Source of the DNA: an uncultured Candidatus Saccharibacteria bacterium
Lineage (GTDB): Bacteria > Patescibacteriota > Saccharimonadia > Saccharimonadales > CAYVSP01
DNA length: 64,000 bases
Assembly: GCA_964453655.1 (NCBI GenBank)
Contig: CAYVSP010000001.1
Span: forward strand, 645 to 64,644
Direction: 5' to 3'
Part shown: positions 57,365 through 64,000 of the stretch, one piece after another
Position numbering within the stretch: the stretch's first letter is position 1
Layout of the letters: the number at the start of each line of letters is the position of its first letter
The notes under the pieces: model-generated
What the model saw: only the letters and a program-made list of their open reading frames with translations
What the model was told of the DNA's origin: nothing
Database searches by the model: none
Made by a program: the position numbers and the translations under genes

Positions 57365-58609
57365 CTATATTTTAACATTATGCTTGAGGTTACTGGGTAA
57401 CTTATCGCTAAGTATTTTTAGTCCTTTTTTCTCTATCAGCACATTATCTTCAATCCGCACGCCAAGGCTCTCTTCGGGAATATAAATACCGGTCTCGACA
57501 GCCAGAACCATGCCGGGCTCCAAAGGCCGTTCATAGTCAGCCAAGTCATGGGCGTCCAACCCAAGGTGATGCGAAGTAGCGTGTGGAAAATAATGTCTAA
57601 TAGATTCCCTTTCGGCGCTCTTAATAAGGCCTAGTTCGCGCAATTTTTCCCCCATGAATACTTCAATCGTCTTTTCGTATTCTTTTATTAATACTCCAGG
57701 TTTTAATTGCGCGTAAGCAAACTGTTGAACCTCTAAAACGGCTGCGTATAATTGTTTTTGTCTTTTGGTTGGAGACGATAAAGCATAAGTACGTGATATA
57801 TCGGCCGCATAATTTTCAACTTCCGCACTCACGTCTAGCACTAAAAGTCCTTTTGGATCTAAAGGCGAGTTATTAGCTACATAGTGAATGGTACAGGCGT
57901 TCTGTCCACTGGCCACAATTGGCGTAAAACCGTGCCCAGCAGCACCTCGTTTTCGAAAACCGGAAGTAATATCGGCTTCAATTTCATATTCGTTCTTATA
58001 TTGCATAAAGCCGCGCCGACTTACTGTCTTTAAGGTGTCTACGGTTATACCAATGGCCGCTTGGAGGGCTTCCAGTTCAGAGTCTTGCTTTACCATCCGC
58101 ATACGCGCTAAATGTTGCCGTAAATCCAAAGGCTCTAGACTTGGATTAATTTCTTTAAGCCTTTCGAGTAAACGAGCACGCGCGGGATTGGTATAGAGAC
58201 CATATGGCTCAAGGTAAACGGGGGGTGACGCCAGGGTAGCAATATGTTTTACGCGCTTCAGCCGGCTGGATAATTGGCGCCAGCCGTCTTTTTCGTTATA
58301 TACGTCCGTAATACCAGAGCGGGCCGTCATAGCGGACGATTCCAGAGTGCCATCAAACTGCTCCATAACTGGTTCGCGGGACGGTAGTATTAAATATTCC
58401 TTTTGTTTATCGAGCACCAGAATGATATCTGGGTCATCCAAGCCAGTCAGATACCAAAAATTACTATCCTGTCGAAAACCAAAGTTAACCGTAGCGTTGC
58501 GTTGCAGCACGCCATTAGCCGTAATGATAATCGGCGCCGTACCACTAAATAATGTTCGTAGCTTTTGCCGATTAGCCATAAAGAAATCAGCAGTAAAGAA
58601 TGACTCCAT
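57365..58609 (-). CDS. Xaa-Pro aminopeptidase (M24B).
   Basis: HATSHHLGLDAHD and GVRIEDNVLI are the metal-ligand motifs of M24 peptidases. An N-terminal creatinase-like domain is present. Confidence 0.8.
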   Translation of the reverse strand: MESFFTADFFMANRQKLRTLFSGTAPIIITANGVLQRNATVNFGFRQDSNFWYLTGLDDPDIILVLDKQKEYLILPSREPVMEQFDGTLESSAMTARSGITDVYNEKDGWRQLSSRLKRVKHIATLASPPVYLEPYGLYTNPARARLLERLKEINPSLEPLDLRQHLARMRMVKQDSELEALQAAIGITVDTLKTVSRRGFMQYKNEYEIEADITSGFRKRGAAGHGFTPIVASGQNACTIHYVANNSPLDPKGLLVLDVSAEVENYAADISRTYALSSPTKRQKQLYAAVLEVQQFAYAQLKPGVLIKEYEKTIEVFMGEKLRELGLIKSAERESIRHYFPHATSHHLGLDAHDLADYERPLEPGMVLAVETGIYIPEESLGVRIEDNVLIEKKGLKILSDKLPSNLKHNVKI

Positions 58610-58631
58610 AATCAGACCGTCATTATATCAG

Positions 58632-60155
58632 TTAAACGAAAGTATTTTTACGGATCGGCCGCAAATACTGCTTTAGAATGGCAGCTTTTTTTGTACCAAC
58701 TGCTCGTTCAACCTCCAATTCACGAGCTTGCAATAATCCTCGCATGCTGCCAAAAGTTTTTATAAGCTTTTTTCGGGTTGCCGGACCAATAGTCGGAATG
58801 TCATCGAGCATACTAGCGGTTTGGCGTTTGGTTTTCAGTACCGAGTGATAGCTAACCGCAAAGCGGTGTGATTCATCACGAATACGCTGTAAAAGTTTTA
58901 CGGCGTGCGAGCTCTTAGGTAGCGAAATAACCGCAAATTCATCGTTTGAACTTACGAAGCCACCCAGCTTCTGGACCAACACCTCATTGACTACTACAGA
59001 AGAGCGTTTGATATGCGCCACTATTTCTTCTTCCCGCTTAGCAAGTCCTATCATAGGCAACATTAGACCCCTTTCGTCTCTGGCCTTCAAGGCTGCCGTT
59101 AACTGCCCTTTGCCGCCATCAATCAACAATAAATCAGCCAAACCCCAATCCTTGTGGTTGTCTTCGCTCAAGCGGCGCGAAATGGCCTCGTGCATATGCG
59201 CAAAGTCATCATTACCTGGCAAACGTAGCTTAAACTTACGATAAGCCGTTTTATTCGGTACGCCACTTATAAAGACCACCATGCTGGCCACATTGTCGGT
59301 GCCCGACATGTGGCTGATATCATAACCCTCGATTCGGCGCGGAATATCCTTCATACCAAATATCTGGTTAAGTTCGACAAGTCCTTGATCTTTGCTGATA
59401 TCCATAAACTCTCGATCACCAAAAACAATCTGTTTATGCAGGCTTTTAAGGGCATATAATTGGTTGCGATAGGTGCTGGCAGCTTCAAAGTCCTGCTTTT
59501 TGGCAGCAAATTTCATATCTTTTTCAATTTGTTGCATGAGGCTAACGCGTTCGCCTTTGAGATATTGCATTAATTTCTTCAAATTGACCCGATAATCCTT
59601 GAGCGATGTCTTGCCTTCCTCAAGACCAGGACAGAGTCCAAGGTGATACTGCAGACATGCTCGTTTTGGAATTACGTTTATGTGTGTGGAGTATGGGAAG
59701 ATGCGTCTAAGATACTTCAGAGCTTTTTTAAGACTAAAAGCACTGAAATACGGCCCAAAGTACTGTGCATCATCATCTAGTGGCCGCCTGGTTAAAGTTA
59801 CAGTGGGATGCGAGGCCTTATAACTTATACGTACATACACCAAACTTTTATCATCACGTAACAAAATGTTGTATGGCGGCAAGTATCGTCGGACTAGCTC
59901 AGCTTCTAGGAACAACGCATCGAGTTCGGTCTCTACTTCTGTCCAGTCAACATCGGCTATTTCGGCCACCAGAACATCGGTTTTAGGATCACGTACCCGG
60001 CTTTTCTGAAAGTACTGCCGCACACGGTTACGCAAGTTGGCTGCTTTGCCAATATAAATAATCTCGCCTTTGCTATTCTTATGAAAATAGACGCCAGGCG
60101 ATTTTGGCAACGCCGCTAGTTTGCTTTCGAGCTTAGACACTACTTTATTATACAA
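58632..60155 (-). CDS. uvrC: Excinuclease ABC subunit C.
   Basis: GIY-YIG motif GVYFHKNSKGEIIYIGKAANLRNR, UvrBC-binding region, and C-terminal RNase H-like plus HhH domains. Confidence 0.85.
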   Translation of the reverse strand: MYNKVVSKLESKLAALPKSPGVYFHKNSKGEIIYIGKAANLRNRVRQYFQKSRVRDPKTDVLVAEIADVDWTEVETELDALFLEAELVRRYLPPYNILLRDDKSLVYVRISYKASHPTVTLTRRPLDDDAQYFGPYFSAFSLKKALKYLRRIFPYSTHINVIPKRACLQYHLGLCPGLEEGKTSLKDYRVNLKKLMQYLKGERVSLMQQIEKDMKFAAKKQDFEAASTYRNQLYALKSLHKQIVFGDREFMDISKDQGLVELNQIFGMKDIPRRIEGYDISHMSGTDNVASMVVFISGVPNKTAYRKFKLRLPGNDDFAHMHEAISRRLSEDNHKDWGLADLLLIDGGKGQLTAALKARDERGLMLPMIGLAKREEEIVAHIKRSSVVVNEVLVQKLGGFVSSNDEFAVISLPKSSHAVKLLQRIRDESHRFAVSYHSVLKTKRQTASMLDDIPTIGPATRKKLIKTFGSMRGLLQARELEVERAVGTKKAAILKQYLRPIRKNTFV

Positions 60156-60164
60156 AGAGGTGTT

Positions 60165-60365
60165 TTATGGGTTAGGAGCGTTGCCGCTGAAAACTTGTTC
60201 TTGAAATTGGGCAAGGGTAGTCGTCGCAAAATTAGCTACATCCGGTCCAACTTTAATTGCAACAGCAACTGTAGTAAAACTGGCAAGAAGGCCAAGCCAC
60301 TCCTTTGCCGTACCATGCCTGGAAACATTTTCACCTGAGGAGTTTGGTTCTCCAAATTCATTCAT
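60165..60365 (-). CDS. Possible small hypothetical protein (66 aa).
   Basis: The ORF is present but has no supporting motif. Confidence 0.2.
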   Translation of the reverse strand: MNEFGEPNSSGENVSRHGTAKEWLGLLASFTTVAVAIKVGPDVANFATTTLAQFQEQVFSGNAPNP

Positions 60366-60603
60366 TACGTTAATTATACACTATTTATCGTCCATACGCA
60401 AGCATAAGACTTGCGCTTCTTCTAACAGATATGCTACACTTTCAGATTGTTATTAGTTGTAATGGAAAGGGCGGCAATAAAAAATGTATAAGTTTATTTC
60501 AACATGCTCTAGCGCCGTCCAACCGGCTCTCTAGCTCCTTAATAAAAATCCTTAATCGTTAAAAGTTACTAAAGTATAAGCCGCTGCAGGAGGCAGCGCG
60601 CTC

Positions 60604-62382
60604 ATGAAATCACATTCTACAACTTCTCAAACCTTACGGCTGTATTGGCACCATATGTGGCGATATCCTTTTTACGTCCTCGGTATTCTATTTGTGACCC
60701 CCCTTTCGATTTTGTCTGAACAGTATCTGAGCGTCTTGGTTCTAGCTGGCGTACTGGATCGTCTAGCAAAGGGAAACTTCACGCCACATAATCTTTGGGG
60801 AGATTTTGGCACAAGTATTTTGGTCTATGCGGCTCTGATGATTATTGGCACGGTAGGCTGGCGAGTTATTGATGCTTTTAACTGGCGCCTTGAAGCCGGT
60901 GTAGAACGTGACATCGCCCGGCGCGTTTATAGTCACCTGCTTGATCAAAGCGCTAATTTCCATGCTAACCGTTTTGGAGGCTCGCTCGTATCCCAGACTA
61001 ATAAACTTATGGGCAGCTACATTCGCTTTGCCGATACTACCATCTACCAAGTCCTTCAACTGTTAACTGGCTTGATTTTTACGGTTATCCTGTTGGCTCC
61101 AAAAGTTCCTTTGTTTGTTTTACTGCTGGTGATTTTTTCTCTCACTTACATTATTAGTGGCTTTTTTGTGACCCGTAAAGTCCGCTACCTGAGTTCCGTG
61201 CAGGCCAGCCTTGAAAGCAAACAAACCGGTTATTTAGCCGATAGCGTTACTAATATTATGGCTATTAAAAGTTTCGCTGGCGGCCGCTATGAGCGAAATC
61301 GCTTTGCCAAAATTACAGACGTGTCACAAGAAGGCACCTTTGCGGTCATGCGCGCCAGCCAGAAACAAATGGCTTACTTTAGCGTGATGAACCGGATTAT
61401 TCTAATAATTGCCTTACTAATGGCAATTGTTAGCGTTACACTGTTCAACGTCAATATTGGGATTGTCTTCTTAATTTTCAGCTACACCGGTAATTTAGTC
61501 GGACAGCTTTGGACCTTTTGCAATAATAGTCTTAAAAACTACAACCGCTCGTTTGGTGACGCCGCTGATATGACTAAAATATTACAAATCGAACCTGAAA
61601 TAAAAAATCCATTGCATCCTGAAAAACCATCCATAAAGAATGGCGGGATTGTTTTCAAGAATGTCGAGTTCACCCACCAGGACGCCGGTGAAACACTATT
61701 CCATAACTTGAATATTGAGATTCCGGGCGGCCAGAAAGTCGGGCTTGTCGGGCATTCTGGTTCAGGTAAGACCACTTTTAATAGACTCTTACTCAGATTC
61801 AGCGATATTGATGGCGGTGAAATCCTAATAGATGGCCAAAACATTGCCCATCTTACTCAGGATGACCTGCATGAGCATATTGCCTATGTCCCCCAAGAGC
61901 CGATTATGTTCCACAGAACTCTGGCGGAAAACATTCGCTATGGCCGTTCAAAAGCTTCTGACCATGAGGTTCTGGCGGCCGCTAAAGCGGCCCATGCCGA
62001 TGAGTTCATTAAAAAGCTGCCTCAAGGCTACGAAACGCTGGTTGGCGAAAGAGGCGTAAAACTTTCCGGCGGACAACGCCAGCGCATTGCGATAGCCCGC
62101 GCCATGATTAAAGATGCCCCCATTTTGGTATTAGATGAAGCTACCAGTGCCTTAGACTCTGAGAGTGAGTTGCTGATTCAGCAAGCACTTTGGGAACTTA
62201 TGGAAGGCCGCACCGCGATTGTAATAGCCCACCGATTAAGTACAGTCCAAAAAATGGATCGTATTGTGGTATTGGAAGACGGTAAAATTGCTGAGGAAGG
62301 CACACACAAAGAATTGCTATCAAGAGATGGCGTCTATGCTGGCTTATGGGCCCATCAGTCCGGAGGTTTTTTGGAAGAGTAG
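60604..62382 (+). CDS. ABC transporter permease/ATP-binding fusion protein (MsbA-like type I exporter).
   Basis: Six-TM domain, Walker A GHSGSGKTT, signature LSGGQRQR, Walker B ILVLDEATS. A GGAGG ribosome-binding site lies upstream. Confidence 0.85.
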   Translation: MKSHSTTSQTLRLYWHHMWRYPFYVLGILFVTPLSILSEQYLSVLVLAGVLDRLAKGNFTPHNLWGDFGTSILVYAALMIIGTVGWRVIDAFNWRLEAGVERDIARRVYSHLLDQSANFHANRFGGSLVSQTNKLMGSYIRFADTTIYQVLQLLTGLIFTVILLAPKVPLFVLLLVIFSLTYIISGFFVTRKVRYLSSVQASLESKQTGYLADSVTNIMAIKSFAGGRYERNRFAKITDVSQEGTFAVMRASQKQMAYFSVMNRIILIIALLMAIVSVTLFNVNIGIVFLIFSYTGNLVGQLWTFCNNSLKNYNRSFGDAADMTKILQIEPEIKNPLHPEKPSIKNGGIVFKNVEFTHQDAGETLFHNLNIEIPGGQKVGLVGHSGSGKTTFNRLLLRFSDIDGGEILIDGQNIAHLTQDDLHEHIAYVPQEPIMFHRTLAENIRYGRSKASDHEVLAAAKAAHADEFIKKLPQGYETLVGERGVKLSGGQRQRIAIARAMIKDAPILVLDEATSALDSESELLIQQALWELMEGRTAIVIAHRLSTVQKMDRIVVLEDGKIAEEGTHKELLSRDGVYAGLWAHQSGGFLEE

Positions 62383-62384
62383 AG

Positions 62385-63062
62385 CTACTCTTCTTCGCCA
62401 GATTCTTTTTTAGAATCGTCGGCCGCTTCTGCCGACTCTTCGCCAGCCTCGACGCTAGCACCTTCTTCACCTTCAGTTTCTTCTTCAACTTCTGGTTCTT
62501 CTTCTTGGATACGAGGTTCTTCAACCACTGCAATCATCTGCTCTGGATCGTCTTTAATGGTTACGCCATCCGGAATACCTAAATCAGCAACAGTTACACG
62601 ATCACCAATTTCTGCCAATCTGGAGCCTTCAATGATTAGTTCATCCGGCAAGTCTTTAGGTAATGCTTCAACTGTTACGTGATCAAGCGTTTTCAGCACC
62701 ATGAGGTTGGCCATTTCAGCCGGTATATCGCCAATAATCATAATTGGCACTTCTGCCTCCACGGCTTCGTTTTGATTAATAGCGTTAAAAACAACGTGAC
62801 GCAATTGATGCTTTTTTGGATCAAAGTCAACGTCTTTAATAAGCGCCAGATGTTCTATACTGCCAACTTTTAGAGAGACGGGGTGATGCTTGCCGGCGAT
62901 TTGATAAGCTTTAACGACTTCCAGATAAGGAGCCATCACATGCAAAGATTCTTTGCCATGATCGTGAATAACAGCCGGCACCTTGCCTTCTCGGCGCAGG
63001 TGTTTGACAGCTTTTCCTAATACCTCTCGCTTTTCGAGAGTAAGTGTTATGTCTTCAGACAC
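62385..63062 (-). CDS. rplY: 50S ribosomal protein L25/general stress protein Ctc, with an acidic C-terminal tail.
   Basis: EKREVLGKAVKHLRREGKVPAVIH...PEMANLMVLKT matches the L25/Ctc family. The tail is E-rich. Confidence 0.8.
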   Translation of the reverse strand: MSEDITLTLEKREVLGKAVKHLRREGKVPAVIHDHGKESLHVMAPYLEVVKAYQIAGKHHPVSLKVGSIEHLALIKDVDFDPKKHQLRHVVFNAINQNEAVEAEVPIMIIGDIPAEMANLMVLKTLDHVTVEALPKDLPDELIIEGSRLAEIGDRVTVADLGIPDGVTIKDDPEQMIAVVEEPRIQEEEPEVEEETEGEEGASVEAGEESAEAADDSKKESGEEE

Positions 63063-63141
63063 TAATTATCTCCTTGCTTTAGCGATTATTGTACCAATTT
63101 TTACTGGATAATTAAAGAGTAAAAAGGTAGTCTGGAGTGGT

Positions 63142-63741
63142 ATGCCTGATGTCCAGCATCTTATAGAAAGCGGTGGGTTGCTCCTTGTTACGGGGATTAT
63201 CTTTGCTGAATCCGGTCTGTTGCTAGGTTTTTTTCTGCCCGGCGACACCCTACTATTCAGCGCCGGCTTTTTTGCAGCTCAAGGCAAATTGCATCTTGGT
63301 CTACTCCTTTTATTTGTTGTACTAGCGGCCATTGCCGGTTATTACGTGGGCTATCATATTGGCAAGAAATTTGGACCGAGCCTATTTAACAAACCTAACG
63401 GGGTTCTCTTTCGTCAAGAATACTTGAAGCGATCCGAAGAATTCTACAAAAAGCACGGCGGTAAGACCATTTTTCTCTCCCGTTTCGTGCCAATAGTTCG
63501 CACTTTTGCCCCTATCGTAGCCGGGATGGGTAACATGGATTTAAAACGCTTTAATATGTTCAATATTCTAGGCGGTATTGTCTGGGGTGTTGGCGTAACC
63601 CTACTGGGCTATTCACTGGGTAGTCGTATTCCAAATATTGATCATTACCTCATGCCAATTATACTGGCTGTCATGATTATCAGCTTTGGTCCAACCCTTT
63701 ATCACCTCACTAAAAGTGTTTTTGAAAAGAAAAAAAGCTAG
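63142..63741 (+). CDS. DedA-family (VTT/SNARE-associated domain) membrane protein.
   Basis: GIIFAESGLLLGFFLPGDTLLFSAGFFAAQG is the DedA signature. Confidence 0.8.
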   Translation: MPDVQHLIESGGLLLVTGIIFAESGLLLGFFLPGDTLLFSAGFFAAQGKLHLGLLLLFVVLAAIAGYYVGYHIGKKFGPSLFNKPNGVLFRQEYLKRSEEFYKKHGGKTIFLSRFVPIVRTFAPIVAGMGNMDLKRFNMFNILGGIVWGVGVTLLGYSLGSRIPNIDHYLMPIILAVMIISFGPTLYHLTKSVFEKKKS

Positions 63742-63980
63742 GCTGCTTCGAGTTCGTAGTAATAACTTTCAGCATATTTCCATATATCGCTTGGCCAATC
63801 GCTCAAAAGTGGTGGCCGAACCAGCTTGAGATATGGTGGTTCAACGGTTTTGTTTATAAGAGCATAGGCGGCCTTTACTCCGATATCACATTTTCTAACC
63901 CACGCTTCTTTTAACTCTTGTAATGCGTTTTGGCTAGCTCTTACTAGCAACCGTGCCACCTGCGGGCGAGTTGGTTGCAC
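63738..63980 (-). CDS. Hypothetical protein. It may be complete at 80 aa or may be the C-terminal part of a gene that starts beyond the window.
   Basis: The ORF overlaps the convergent DedA stop and continues to the window edge. Confidence 0.25.
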   Translation of the reverse strand: MQPTRPQVARLLVRASQNALQELKEAWVRKCDIGVKAAYALINKTVEPPYLKLVRPPLLSDWPSDIWKYAESYYYELEAA

Positions 63981-64000
63981 ACTAAAATAACTATCGTGTT

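Overview
This is a gene-dense (~90% coding) prokaryotic chromosomal segment of roughly 45% GC. I found no transposases, integrases or CRISPR arrays. The gene content points to a small-genome Gram-positive-type or CPR/Saccharibacteria-like organism: small genes, ribosomal and RNA-binding proteins with low-complexity tails, FemAB, and a minimal aerobic respiratory chain. I cannot place the taxon from sequence alone.

Recognisable content:
- **Respiratory island (10.4-22 kb).** cyoABCD plus cyoE (heme O synthase), a DoxX protein, a type-II NADH dehydrogenase, a FAD-linked oxidase, and a Ni-superoxide dismutase sodN/sodX pair.
- **Housekeeping block.** trmD, a KH-domain protein, rpsP, rnc, a NUDIX hydrolase, nusB, a previously unlisted rpmF, and leuS.
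- **Cell-wall operon with overlapping stop/start codons.** An N-domain-less Mur ligase, an alpha/beta hydrolase, a DegT aminotransferase, FemAB and a polysaccharide deacetylase.
- **Other named genes.** ligA, htpX, lemA, uvrC, secG, rplY, an MsbA-like ABC exporter, a substrate-binding protein and a DedA protein.
- **Nine tRNA genes, all encoding CCA.** Gln; Ala x2; Leu x3; and a Gly-Phe-Val cluster.

Most interesting observations:
1. A four-copy, ~110-nt two-hairpin intergenic element sits directly after tRNA or protein genes and just upstream of the next promoter. Both stems covary between copies while the loop (GAGGATT) and spacer (AAAGGAGGAACAACACAAG) are conserved. It is most likely a conserved intrinsic terminator or insulator module, or a structured-RNA family.
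2. A two-gene module (FAD-linked oxidase plus a small ~85-aa membrane protein) occurs at two loci.
3. CyoD is fused to a C-terminal extracytoplasmic cupredoxin-like domain.
4. A three-gene cluster of hypothetical proteins includes a PurO-like (archaeal IMP cyclohydrolase family) protein. Two of the genes share an upstream promoter motif.
5. An orphan duplicate of the Mur-ligase 5' end flanks an inserted pair of winged-helix-like hypothetical genes.

These and further observations are detailed in the findings. All calls rest on reading the ORF translations and the nucleotide sequence directly; no database search was run.
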